From positions 384,001 to 448,000 of the forward strand of contig CAWBOC010000005.1 in assembly GCA_963790305.1 (NCBI GenBank): a DNA stretch of 64,000 nucleotides, written 5' to 3'. The stretch is from an uncultured Gemmatimonadaceae bacterium. GTDB lineage: Bacteria; Gemmatimonadota; Gemmatimonadetes; Gemmatimonadales; Gemmatimonadaceae. The notes beneath the pieces were generated by a model. That model was not told the DNA's origin. It was given only the letters and a program-made list of their open reading frames with translations, and did no database searches. The stretch's first letter is position 1. Each line of letters opens with the position of its first letter. The position numbers were made by a program, and so were the translations under genes. Of this stretch, positions 1-9,207 are shown in pieces.

Positions 1-51
1 CAGCCTGAGCTGAGTCCGATTCAGAGCTACTGAACAGCTCACTTCGGACGT

Positions 52-1692
52 TCATCGCCGCTTTGGTGGGACAGTCTGCCGGGCCCGCTCACGCGCGATG
101 AGCCATTGCTGTGGCAACGCCGCGAAGTTTTGCACAGCGTAATAGAGGTTCAGCCCCGCAGCCAGATTCAGTAGCGCCACCGTCATGATGACTGGGAACA
201 TGTAGCTCATCATCTTCGCCTGAGGATTCGGTGGTGCATTCCGCATACCGATCCACGAGAGCACATACATCGAGGCCCCCATAATGAGGGGGAGGATGTA
301 GTAGGGGTCCTTCAAGGAAATATCAGCAAGCCACAGGAAGGACACACCACGGAACTCGATTGTATTCTGGAAAACGAAGAAGAGGGCGAACAACACCGGC
401 ATTGGAATGAGCATTGGCAGACAGCCGCTGAACATGCTGAACGGGCTCATGTCATGCTCGCGATAGAGCCGGACCATTTCTTCCTGCTGCTTCTGCGGAT
501 TCTCGCGATACTTCTTCTGAATGGCCGCCATTTCCGGCTGGATCGCCTGCATCTTCAGACTGCTGCGCATTGCCCGATGATTCAGCGGCCAGAGAATGAT
601 GCGAACCGCAATGCCGAAAATGACCAGCACCCAGCCGTAGGATAGACGGAGTGTGTCATGCATCCAGAGCAGCGCGCGCATAACGATGGTGGCGAAAGGC
701 TGAACTACGCCTTTCATGAAGCCACCATATGGGTTCGCGTGCTCCATATCACGGCCGAGCGTGCGAAGGCGCCGCCACTCTTGGGGACCAGCGTAAATCT
801 CGAAGGAAAACCTTCCATTCTCGACTGGAAGGACGACGTGAGCATCTGCGGCGGTAGCAGGGCCGCCACTCCGGGGCGCTCCGACGAGATGCACACGTGA
901 GAACGGGCTTCCGCCAGTAACAGGCATCAGCAGGCTTACCAAAAAATACTTGTTCTTACTGGCAACCCAGGTAAACGGGCCGTTCTCCTGACGATGCTCT
1001 GCTGAGTCGAGCTTGGAGAAGGCAACACTCCGAGCATCATCACGGAGTGGTTTGAGCGCAAATGCTAAATAGCGGCGGTCATCTTCGACATTCGCTTCCT
1101 CAGACCGTAGCCCGCGGGGCAGAGTTATGAGGAGCTCGCGAATACTCGACGGTGTCTCTCCGTTCAAGCGAAGAAGGTAGCCTTCAGGATCCAAGCGGTA
1201 GACAAGCGTGACCGGTCCTGCGGTGGTTGAACCGCGAAACACAATTGAGTCAGTACCCTGCTGATCCGCTGGCGTGGCAGAAAAGACAGTCCGATCCAGG
1301 GAAATTGTGTCGGTGCCTGAAACGAGACGAAATGCGACGAGTGGTACAGAGTCACGCACGAGCTGGACGCTTCCAGAGTCTCTGTTGAGCGCCTTGTACT
1401 CACGCAGCATGACACCCACGGGAGCCGCACCAAGGGTACTGAATTGGTAGGCCACTCGTTGCGTCTGCGTAACGAGTGTATCCGTGGGGAATGCCTCAGA
1501 GGGTGGTACCGTAGCTGGTACGTCCTGGCGGCTTGGAACAGCCACCGGAGGCACCACCAGTGTTTGTGCCGTATCGGTTGGAGCCGTACGTGCTGGCGAA
1601 CGCCGAGGTGCTGGAGGGAAGAGCATAGAACTCACAACGACCGCGAGTCCCGACAACAAAAGAGCGAGGGCTAGTCGTCTATCCATGTGCAA
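52..1692 (-). CDS. yidC: membrane protein insertase YidC
   Basis: N-terminal TM, periplasmic domain, conserved core (GCLPMLIPMP, F.WL.D.S..DPYYILP, GLNLYY); canonical position next to yidD/rnpA/rpmH. Start may be 1686. Confidence 0.97.
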   Translation of the reverse strand: MHMDRRLALALLLSGLAVVVSSMLFPPAPRRSPARTAPTDTAQTLVVPPVAVPSRQDVPATVPPSEAFPTDTLVTQTQRVAYQFSTLGAAPVGVMLREYKALNRDSGSVQLVRDSVPLVAFRLVSGTDTISLDRTVFSATPADQQGTDSIVFRGSTTAGPVTLVYRLDPEGYLLRLNGETPSSIRELLITLPRGLRSEEANVEDDRRYLAFALKPLRDDARSVAFSKLDSAEHRQENGPFTWVASKNKYFLVSLLMPVTGGSPFSRVHLVGAPRSGGPATAADAHVVLPVENGRFSFEIYAGPQEWRRLRTLGRDMEHANPYGGFMKGVVQPFATIVMRALLWMHDTLRLSYGWVLVIFGIAVRIILWPLNHRAMRSSLKMQAIQPEMAAIQKKYRENPQKQQEEMVRLYREHDMSPFSMFSGCLPMLIPMPVLFALFFVFQNTIEFRGVSFLWLADISLKDPYYILPLIMGASMYVLSWIGMRNAPPNPQAKMMSYMFPVIMTVALLNLAAGLNLYYAVQNFAALPQQWLIARERARQTVPPKRR

Positions 1693-1701
1693 GTGAGTCG
1701 G

Positions 1702-1914
1702 TCATGGGACAGGGTCGTATCCACCAGCATGAAAGGGATGGCAGCGCGCAATGCGTTTGGCAGCGAGCCAGCTTCCACGCCGTGCTCCGTGCTTCTCTAG
1801 CGCTTCAACCGCATATGCGGAGCAGCTTGGATAGTAACGGCACGCCGCAGGTAGCAACGGGGAAAGGACAATTTGATAGCCCCGCACGAGTGCAATTAGT
1901 ACCCATCGGATCAT
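1702..1914 (-). CDS. yidD: membrane protein insertion efficiency factor YidD
   Basis: [10 protein letters not shown]...[15 protein letters not shown] signature; synteny. Confidence 0.97.
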   Translation of the reverse strand: MIRWVLIALVRGYQIVLSPLLPAACRYYPSCSAYAVEALEKHGARRGSWLAAKRIARCHPFHAGGYDPVP

Positions 1915-1924
1915 TGCTCTACGC

Positions 1925-2284
1925 TCACTCGCTCCTCTGCAAAGTCCGAGTCAACCGGTGTATACCCTGAAGGAGCTCGAGTTGAAGCTCATTGAATGAG
2001 GCGTCATAAGCTTCCACGCGAGCGTAAATCACTACATCGAGTGGGTACAGCCCTGAAAGAACATGGAGACGAATGATCTCACGAAGTCTACGCTTGAGCC
2101 TGTTACGATCCGTTGTCGTACGGCCCCGCTTCGGAACAACAATGCCAATTCGTGGATGAGCCAAAGGGGAAGCGATTGCTCGGACGTCAAGGAGCTTCGT
2201 CCGAGTACGCTTCCCCTCTCGCAATACAGCTGTCAGCTCCGCTTTGCCCGTCAGGCGGTGGGTTCGCGGAAAAAGATATCGGTC
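1925..2284 (-). CDS. rnpA: ribonuclease P protein component (start codon uncertain)
   Basis: RIGIVVPK and [10 protein letters not shown] (RNR motif). The frame stays open upstream of TTG 2224 and encodes [19 protein letters not shown], the typical RnpA N-terminus, with no ATG/GTG/TTG in frame. Confidence 0.9.
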   Translation of the reverse strand, partial: DRYLFPRTHRLTGKAELTAVLREGKRTRTKLLDVRAIASPLAHPRIGIVVPKRGRTTTDRNRLKRRLREIIRLHVLSGLYPLDVVIYARVEAYDASFNELQLELLQGIHRLTRTLQRSE

Positions 2285-2447
2285 AGGCGCTGGCGTACTT
2301 CGAAGGCAGTTGAACGGTGAGGCGCTTGCGCCCCTTCTTTCGACGACGACTCAGTGTTTCCCTCCCCCATCGCGTCGACATACGCGTGCGAAACCCGTGG
2401 GTTTTCACGCGCCGCTTGTTACGGGGGCGGTAGGTAGGCTTACCCAT
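2283..2447 (-). CDS. rpmH: 50S ribosomal protein L34
   Basis: [46 protein letters not shown] upstream of ATG 2447. Confidence 0.98.
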   Translation of the reverse strand: MGKPTYRPRNKRRVKTHGFRTRMSTRWGRETLSRRRKKGRKRLTVQLPSKYASA

Positions 2448-2488
2448 GGAATCTCCAACCTTCAGGTAACGGCGACTAGAGAACCGTA

Positions 2489-2517
2489 AACCTAGCCTCG
2501 ACAGCAAGATACGTCAA
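2489..2517 (-). promoter_or_regulatory. sigma70-type promoter of rpmH operon
   Basis: TTGACG-N17-TAGGTT on minus strand, about 40 nt upstream of rpmH. Confidence 0.7.
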
Positions 2518-2548
2518 GCAGCCTCTACACTCATCTGTACAGAGATCG

Positions 2549-2602
2549 TTGACATTTCCACATTCAAGCCGTAGCTTCGGCGCCCCTCGCCACTTTTCCA
2601 CA
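2549..2602 (+). promoter_or_regulatory. sigma70-type dnaA promoter with DnaA boxes
   Basis: TTGACA(2549-54)-N17-TAGCTT(2572-77); DnaA boxes ATTTCCACA 2554-2562 (1 mismatch) and TTTTCCACA 2594-2602 (matches TTWTNCACA). Confidence 0.8.
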
Positions 2603-2608
2603 TCAAAA

Positions 2609-3997
2609 ATGTCACTGGCTCCCTCTGACGTCTGGACCCGCCTCCTAGACCAGGCGCGACGGCAACTTCCAGAGCAGGTAATCCGAACCTGGCTCGAGCC
2701 CTCTGAAGCACTAAAGGTCGAAGGCAATACGCTATTCATCGGTGTGCCAGATCGTTTTGCGGCAGACTGGAATGAGTCAAAGCACGGGCCACTGCTAGCT
2801 TCGCTAGCACCTGTAGCGCTCGGTCATCCGCTCAACGTGGTATTCCGCGTCCATGATGAGCAGAAGACGCGACCCCAGATGGATTTCTTTGTCGCGCCCC
2901 TGCCAGAGAAGGGATTAGCCACCGATGTACTCGCCGCTCCAAACAGTCAGTTAAGTGGGCGGTATACCTTCGATAACTTCGTGATCGGAAAGTCTAACGA
3001 GCTAGCTGCCGCAGCTGCCCAAGCAGTAGCAGAGGCTCCGGGAAAGGTCTACAACCCACTTTTCATCTACGGACAGACAGGCCTGGGAAAGACACATCTC
3101 ATGCAGGCTGTAGCCCATGACATTCTCCAGCGGAATCCACGAACCCGGTTAGCCTTCATCGGTACTGAACAGTTTACCAATGAGCTAGTCGGCTCGATCC
3201 AAGGCCGTACTACACAGGAGTTTAGGCGGCGCTACCGCGAGATTGACCTGCTCCTTGTCGACGACATTCACTTCCTCAAAGGGAAGGAAGCCACCCAAGA
3301 GGAGTTCTTTCACACTTTCAACGCCCTCTACGAAGCCGGCCGCCAGATCATCTTGACCAGCGATCGCCCGCCATCGGAGATCGCGGGTCTCGAAGCACGG
3401 CTTGTAAGCCGCTTCCAGTGGGGAATGGTAGCCGACATTGAGCAGCCTGACCTTGAGCACAGGACAGCAATCCTGAAGAACAAGGCAGCCCTGGACCATC
3501 TTGAGCTCACAATTCCCGATGACGTCATCGGATTCATCGCCGAAAATGTTCGCTCAAGTGTCCGAGAGCTTGAAGGCTCAATAATCCGGCTCCTCGCCTA
3601 CGCTTCCCTCAGACACCGGGAAATAACCGTTGAACTAGCCAGAGAAGCGTTACGAGACAAGCTTAAAAACGGAGATCAAGCGGCAGATCTACAGGACGTA
3701 GGAATATCAGTACCAACTATTCAGAGCATTGTGGCAAAGGAATGGGGAGTAACCACTGAGGGCCTACGTTCTAAGGTAAGAACAAAGACACTTACCGTCC
3801 CTCGACAGGTCGCAATGTTCCTCATACGAGAACTCCTCGGCTTACAGCTCGTAGAAATAGGCTTGGCATTTGGAGGCCGAGATCATTCCACCGTGATCCA
3901 CAGCCTCGATCGGGTTCAAGAGGAGCTAAAATCAAACCCAGCCTTCCAGTCTCGAGTACAGCACCTACGCCACCAATTAGAACTAACAAGACACTAA
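2609..3997 (+). CDS. dnaA: chromosomal replication initiator DnaA
   Basis: YTFDNFV, NPLFIYGQTGLGKTHL, LLVDDIHF, RELEG, FGGRDHSTV; ATG 2609 chosen downstream of the promoter. Confidence 0.99.
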   Translation: MSLAPSDVWTRLLDQARRQLPEQVIRTWLEPSEALKVEGNTLFIGVPDRFAADWNESKHGPLLASLAPVALGHPLNVVFRVHDEQKTRPQMDFFVAPLPEKGLATDVLAAPNSQLSGRYTFDNFVIGKSNELAAAAAQAVAEAPGKVYNPLFIYGQTGLGKTHLMQAVAHDILQRNPRTRLAFIGTEQFTNELVGSIQGRTTQEFRRRYREIDLLLVDDIHFLKGKEATQEEFFHTFNALYEAGRQIILTSDRPPSEIAGLEARLVSRFQWGMVADIEQPDLEHRTAILKNKAALDHLELTIPDDVIGFIAENVRSSVRELEGSIIRLLAYASLRHREITVELAREALRDKLKNGDQAADLQDVGISVPTIQSIVAKEWGVTTEGLRSKVRTKTLTVPRQVAMFLIRELLGLQLVEIGLAFGGRDHSTVIHSLDRVQEELKSNPAFQSRVQHLRHQLELTRH

Positions 3998-4215
3998 ATA
4001 AAGCAGCCCTGTTAATAAGCAGACCAGCACTGGATTGCCCTCATCTACTAACACTCCCCCTCATACATTCAACATATACTACCATCACGTAACTAAATCA
4101 GATATCGTAGCTTCCAGAGCTCTTCCACAAGTACACAGTCTCTATTGCTACTACTAGCTGTCTTTTAAATAGAGAAGTACTAGAGCAACCCCCCTCAACT
4201 CCTCACGGAGCTGGA
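3998..4215. other. oriC: chromosomal replication origin oriC (dnaA-dnaN intergenic)
   Basis: AT-rich; DnaA-box-like TGTTAATAA 4010-18; tandem TCTTCCACA 4121-29 / AAGTACACA 4129-37, then DnaA-trio-like CTA TTG CTA CTA CTA 4142-56 and an AT-rich tract; strand composition switches across it. Confidence 0.85.
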
Positions 4216-5328
4216 ATGCGTTTCACGATCACTCGAGAGAAACTTCAGGAAGGGCTTAGTGCAGTTACAGCAAGCATTCCAGCCAAGACTACCCTTCCTG
4301 TCTTGGCTAATCTTTTAGTTGAGACGACAGAGCGAGGAATCCGCCTGTCGGGAACAGATCTCGATATAGCAGTGAGCACTGAGGTAGTAGCAGATGTGGA
4401 TGGCCAGGGTGCTATTACGATACCAGCGAAAAAGCTGGCTGAGATAGCTCGTGAGCTACCGTCCGCTCCAGTACGGGTATCGGCTACTGGAGAGCAGCGG
4501 GTGACACTCGAGTGTGGCAAGACCCGATTTCGTCTCCTTGGGTTACCAAAAGATGAATTCCCAAGCTTTCCATCTGTTCGGTTTTCAGAGAGCTGGCGAG
4601 TACGTTCAGGAGATCTGCAGAAGCTGATTTCTCATACAGCCTTTGCTGCTTCAACAGAGGAAAGTCGGCCAATCCTAAATGGTGTCCTTTGGGAAATGCG
4701 CCCAGGCCATATGCGTATGGTCGCAACTAACGGTCACCGTTTAGCCAAAATCGAGTTGCCTCTGGAGTCAGTTGGAGCTCCATCAGCAGATTTGATTGTG
4801 CCACCTAAGGCACTGGAGCAGATTCGCCGTCTTTTTGCTGCCGAGGAAGATCTTGAAATTGCACGGGGTGATAACCACCTAGGATTTCGATCTCCATTTA
4901 CCGCAGTTTTTACGCGGTTGATTGAGGGACCATATCCGAACTACGAGCAGGTCATTCCACGAGATAACGAACGCGTAGCTATAGCCGACCGAAATGCATT
5001 GTTCCAGGCGCTAAAGCGCATGTCGATTATTGCTTCCGACCAGACACATCGCATTCGATTGGCGTTCAACAGCGGTATGGTAAAGTTCAGTGTTCAGACG
5101 CCAGATCTTGGTGAGGCGCAAGATGAGCTGTCGGTGAGCTATGAGGGGGATCCGTTGGAGATTGGCTTCAATGCTAGCTATTTGCTCGAAATTCTCCGCT
5201 ATATGCCAACCGACGAGGTGCGGCTGACATTCAAGGCACCAGAACGTGCTGCCACGGTTGAGCCTATGGGGTGGAATGATCCGGCAAAGTATTTGTGTCT
5301 CGTTATGCCGCTTCGCCTTGTTGACTGA
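4216..5328 (+). CDS. dnaN: DNA polymerase III beta sliding clamp
   Basis: SGTDLD, ATNGHRLA, RLIEGPYPNY, IGFNASYL, VMPLRL. Confidence 0.99.
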   Translation: MRFTITREKLQEGLSAVTASIPAKTTLPVLANLLVETTERGIRLSGTDLDIAVSTEVVADVDGQGAITIPAKKLAEIARELPSAPVRVSATGEQRVTLECGKTRFRLLGLPKDEFPSFPSVRFSESWRVRSGDLQKLISHTAFAASTEESRPILNGVLWEMRPGHMRMVATNGHRLAKIELPLESVGAPSADLIVPPKALEQIRRLFAAEEDLEIARGDNHLGFRSPFTAVFTRLIEGPYPNYEQVIPRDNERVAIADRNALFQALKRMSIIASDQTHRIRLAFNSGMVKFSVQTPDLGEAQDELSVSYEGDPLEIGFNASYLLEILRYMPTDEVRLTFKAPERAATVEPMGWNDPAKYLCLVMPLRLVD

Positions 5329-5337
5329 AGACTTGCG

Positions 5338-6213
5338 CTAACGCCTATCGAGTCCTTCGAGCTGGATCTCTTGGTTTGAAGTCTGACTGAATATGGTCGT
5401 CAGACTTCCGAGCTGTACTCTGATCGTTCCTTCAGACTGTGTTTGTACCAGGGAAGGGAGACGATTACCGGTTGCAAATGAGACTTTCCCCCGGGTCGAG
5501 ACCGACCCGGTTACCATAAGGGAATCTCGACGAAGGACTCCAGCCCCTTGTATTTCCGTTTGCTGCCGGAGAGCAAGCTCGCCTGAATCCTGTCCTTGGT
5601 CCTGTAGCTCTCGAGTAGTGACGAGCTTAATAGCTACACCTGCTCGGCACGCTTGGTGTGTAGCTGTATCGGTGTAGATCTTTCTTTGTGGGCTTTCTAT
5701 TTGGAATTGTAGCTCGGGCAGGAGGAGCTCACGTGCAGCACTCACGAACTGGCCATAAGCACATAACGAGTCTGGTAGTCGTGTTTCTACCGTGACTCCA
5801 GTGGGTGAAAACCGTGTGTGTAATACGGAATCGAGGGAGACTACCTGACTGAATCCACGGGATGGGATCGAACCGTGTGTACTTATGAATATCGAATCGA
5901 ATGAGACCGTGACTCGTATACTCGAGTCAGGTTCTGACGTGACTACAACGAGAACAACAGCTCGTGTACTAATAGTGCTGGGCACTGTATCAGCTGAGCC
6001 TTCAGCGTTGATCTGAACTGTTTGCTGGAACCGATACCGGTATGTATTTGGTGAAAAGCGGAGATATCTCAGCGCAGGGCGGTCAGTGGGTGGCAATCCT
6101 GTAGGCCCTGGGGTTGGTAGGGGTGGTGAGACTGCTCGTGGCGTACACGCGCCGGCAATCCCAGCCACGAGAATCAGGACTGCGCTGATGTTCTGTAGGT
6201 GCATGATCCTCAT
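5338..6213 (-). CDS. hypothetical lipoprotein
   Basis: Signal peptide with lipobox IAGA-C, Pro linker, beta-rich body; fills dnaN-rnpB gap. Confidence 0.7.
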   Translation of the reverse strand: MRIMHLQNISAVLILVAGIAGACTPRAVSPPLPTPGPTGLPPTDRPALRYLRFSPNTYRYRFQQTVQINAEGSADTVPSTISTRAVVLVVVTSEPDSSIRVTVSFDSIFISTHGSIPSRGFSQVVSLDSVLHTRFSPTGVTVETRLPDSLCAYGQFVSAARELLLPELQFQIESPQRKIYTDTATHQACRAGVAIKLVTTRELQDQGQDSGELALRQQTEIQGAGVLRRDSLMVTGSVSTRGKVSFATGNRLPSLVQTQSEGTIRVQLGSLTTIFSQTSNQEIQLEGLDRR

Positions 6214-6218
6214 ATGAT

Positions 6219-6258
6219 AACTGGCCTCTTACGGTAGGATCACCGCAAGAGGCCAGTT
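6219..6258 (-). terminator. stem-loop downstream of rnpB
   Basis: AACTGGCCTCTTACGGT-aggatc-ACCGCAAGAGGCCAGTT inverted repeat; weak U tail. Confidence 0.65.
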
Positions 6259-6268
6259 CGTTTCCAAT

Positions 6269-6645
6269 GTGCAGCCTGTAAGCCGGGTTCTGTCGGACAA
6301 TTGCTTGTCCGGACGGTCATTCCTCTTGGGGTACGATCGCTCGGACCCTCTAGCAGCCTACCCGCGGTGTCTTAGTCGGGGCGGAACCACCCCTCACCGC
6401 CTATTCGGCCTTGCTCCAGCCGGGGTTTACCCTGCCACATGTGTTACCACACGTGCGGTGAGCTCTTACCTCGCCGTTTCACCCTTGCCTGAGCCAGCGA
6501 TGAAGCTGGCCATCGGCGGTCTATTCTCTGTGGCACTTTCCGTCGTCTCACGACGCCCAGACGTTATCTGGCGGCTCGTCCTATGGAGCCCGGACTTTCC
6601 TCGGCGCCTACGGATGTCGCAGTTGCCGCGACCGTCCAGCTGCAC
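6269..6645 (-). ncRNA. rnpB: RNase P RNA (type A)
   Basis: Minus strand has GAGGAAAGTCCGGGCTC, GAAAGTGCCACAGAGAA, GGTAAACCCC, ACAGAACCCGGCTTA; ends pair (GTGCAGC...GCTGCAC). Confidence 0.98.
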
Positions 6646-6651
6646 GACTGA

Positions 6652-6681
6652 AGTATAATCGTATTCCTGACCACATTCCAA
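6652..6681 (-). promoter_or_regulatory. rnpB promoter
   Basis: TTGGAA-N18-TATACT ending 6 nt before the rnpB 5' end. Confidence 0.65.
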
Positions 6682-6702
6682 TTGGTGTCTCTCTGCAACT
6701 AT

Positions 6703-7512
6703 TCACTGCGTCCTCGGAATAGCCCTCCAGATTGATCGTTCCTTGGCGTAATAGAACGCTCCGTTATTTCCCCACTGGCCGGCGGATGAAGGAAGTCCAG
6801 TCGATCGCCCGGTAAGACTGTCAATTGGCTGTATGTGCCCACTCGGCAGGTGTGCGAGATACCAGGTGGGGTTAGCTGTAGCCCCTTGGTCATCATTCGC
6901 TACAACATGCACTGCCGCGAAGGTGTCACCAGGCGCGAGGATGACGCTGTCAGCTCGGTACCGCAGCGTAGACCTCTGAGGAGTCCCCCCAGGCTGCACC
7001 CGAATCGAATCAATGAATGCCTGGGCTCGCGATAATGCTGCGGTGTTTGAGTTCCCCGGCTGGAGGAGAATAGGAGGGCGGGACTGAGACCCGGTGACAT
7101 CGAGTGCCTCGAGTTGCGCGGCATGCGCATCGACAACTACGCGCACGCCCTGCCCAGTTCCGGCAGTGAAGCTGAGTTGGTGCGGTCCACTCCACCAAAA
7201 CGCATTGATTGAGTCGGGCCATGCGAGTTGCGCCCCGGCTGTGCCTGTAGACTCGACGACTCCAAGCCCTCGGCTGATTCCCTTTGCGGGATCCGCGAAG
7301 AGGAACGCAACACTTCCCCCATCGGGTTCTGGCTGAAGGCGATGAATCCAGGCGGAGTCACTGAGGGTGTCAATTCCGACGACCCCGATCATAGCCAGCG
7401 GACTCGTTACAGTCGCAAGCTGCGAGGCGACCGCGGTCCTCGCGTCTCTATCCTGACCAACGCACCCCGAAAGGATTCCAGAGATGCTGGCCAGCAGAAG
7501 GGCTCGATACAT
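6703..7512 (-). CDS. hypothetical lipoprotein (possible beta-propeller fragment)
   Basis: Lipobox LSG-C; PDGGSVAF and WSG..QLSF propeller-like motifs. Confidence 0.7.
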   Translation of the reverse strand: MYRALLLASISGILSGCVGQDRDARTAVASQLATVTSPLAMIGVVGIDTLSDSAWIHRLQPEPDGGSVAFLFADPAKGISRGLGVVESTGTAGAQLAWPDSINAFWWSGPHQLSFTAGTGQGVRVVVDAHAAQLEALDVTGSQSRPPILLQPGNSNTAALSRAQAFIDSIRVQPGGTPQRSTLRYRADSVILAPGDTFAAVHVVANDDQGATANPTWYLAHLPSGHIQPIDSLTGRSTGLPSSAGQWGNNGAFYYAKERSIWRAIPRTQ

Positions 7513-7704
7513 GATCCCGTCCAGCCTGCAAGAGACGGGCGCACATCATCTGTGGTCGCCTACCTGTTTGTTTTCCAACTGACCTCTCGAGCTGCTGATC
7601 TGATACTTTGGCCGAAAAACTACCACTCAACGACTCAGATGTGATGACGGGGTACTGACCTTGGCTTCCGATCCTCTTACTAGCCCAAACCTGAGGATCG
7701 CCTG

Positions 7705-8592
7705 ATGATCTCGATGACAACTCGGCAAAGCCTGACGCCTGTTGCTACGGTCCTTCTTCCTCCGGAGCGTCTCCGGGTAGATGCTGCCGGCGAGGGCCTG
7801 TATCGCACACTCCATCGCGACTCGCTTGAGGACGCTATGCATGACCTCAAGGCGCGCCGAGCACACGCGATAGTTATCTCCGTTGCCTGCTGCAGTGGTC
7901 CTGAAGCTACGAAGGTTGCGCAACTTGTCCGGGAATTTCCTCGGGTTCCAGCAGTTGCTCTGTTGACGCAAGTGGAGCCATCAACACCACGCGATGTCCT
8001 TTACCTCGGCCGTTCGGGTCTCCAGACACTCATTGATGTTCGGTCAGCCGGAGGCTGGCGAGAGTTACGAGAAGCTCTCGTTGCCGAGCGAGGGGCGAGT
8101 GTCGAGAGGCTTGCGCTTGGCCAATTAGCCCTGGATCTCACCGGCGTGGCGCCAGACTGCTGGCGGTTCTTCGAGGCACTGTTCGGGCCTAATGCGCGCA
8201 TAACGACAGTGCGAACGCTTGCCGCGCATCTCCAGGTGCTTCCGAGTACCCTGATGAGCCGTTTCTTTCGTGCTCGCCTTCCTGCTCCCAAACGCTATCT
8301 GGCAACTGCACGCCTGGTTCGCGCGGCGCATCTTTTTGAGAATCCTGGCCTGTCGGTCGCGAGTGTCGCGAACGTCCTCGACTATTCCTCACCACAGAGC
8401 TTCGGCCGACATGTACGAACAATGCTGCACCTGACTGCTGTCGAATTCCGTCGGCGATATACCGGGCAGCGAATGCTTGATCACTTTCGCGAGCAATTGG
8501 TGATTCCACACCTCCCCACACTTCGGCTCTTCGCGCCCCTGACGCCGCCACCAGGCTGGTTAGCGCCGCAGCTGCCGAGCGATGTCATGTGA
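7705..8592 (+). CDS. AraC-family transcriptional regulator
   Basis: C-terminal AraC HTH (ARLVRAAHLF...SVASVANVLDYSSPQSFGRH...LTAVEFRR); receiver-like N-terminus; GAGGA RBS. Confidence 0.9.
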   Translation: MISMTTRQSLTPVATVLLPPERLRVDAAGEGLYRTLHRDSLEDAMHDLKARRAHAIVISVACCSGPEATKVAQLVREFPRVPAVALLTQVEPSTPRDVLYLGRSGLQTLIDVRSAGGWRELREALVAERGASVERLALGQLALDLTGVAPDCWRFFEALFGPNARITTVRTLAAHLQVLPSTLMSRFFRARLPAPKRYLATARLVRAAHLFENPGLSVASVANVLDYSSPQSFGRHVRTMLHLTAVEFRRRYTGQRMLDHFREQLVIPHLPTLRLFAPLTPPPGWLAPQLPSDVM

Positions 8593-8615
8593 ACGCAGCA
8601 GTTGCATAGCAACGA

Positions 8616-9170
8616 TTACGTCTGCATTCGGGAGACAATGTCCGACGCGCGAGTCAACGCGATCACCTTGAACCCCTCCCTTTCCAGTGCCTCACGACCT
8701 CCTGCTTCCCGATCGACCAGGGCGAGAACACCGACTATCTCACCACCTGCTTCCCGGACCGCATGTGCTGCCTTGATCGCTGAGCCACCGGTTGTGATGA
8801 CATCTTCGATGATGGCTACGTGATCACCGGCGTGGAAAGGTCCCTCAATCAATCGGCCCATTCCGTGTGACTTTGTTTCCTTCCGTACTGTAAATGCACG
8901 AATGGGCCTTTGTGTCGCGGCGCTTGTGAAGGCAATGGCGTAGGCAATTGGGTCGGCACCGAGCGTCAGCCCGCCAACAGCATCGACATTCCAACTGGCA
9001 TCACGTAAGGCCCGAAGCCCGACGGATCCAATGATCGTCAGGCCTTCCGGGCTCATTGTGGTGAGACGGGCGTCAATGTAGAGTGTGGACGGGCGCCCTG
9101 ACGAAAGCGTGAACTCTCCCCGCTTGGCTGACCTCGACGCGAGCAATTGTATCAGCTCTGGTATGCTCAT
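8616..9170 (-). CDS. pyrE: orotate phosphoribosyltransferase
   Basis: GEFTLSSG..S..YID.R, VRKETKSHG, IIEDVITTGGS. Confidence 0.97.
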   Translation of the reverse strand: MSIPELIQLLASRSAKRGEFTLSSGRPSTLYIDARLTTMSPEGLTIIGSVGLRALRDASWNVDAVGGLTLGADPIAYAIAFTSAATQRPIRAFTVRKETKSHGMGRLIEGPFHAGDHVAIIEDVITTGGSAIKAAHAVREAGGEIVGVLALVDREAGGREALEREGFKVIALTRASDIVSRMQT

Positions 9171-9207
9171 GAGCCACTAGGTTAACGGACGCTCGACGAC
9201 GGCGTCA

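Noticed and set aside
6269..6658. 129-aa plus-strand ORF
   Set aside because: Antisense to rnpB; spurious
2500..9200. Low-GC segment as a horizontally acquired island
   Set aside because: Contains core genes (dnaA, dnaN, rnpB, pyrE), has gradual edges, and no integrase or flanking repeats
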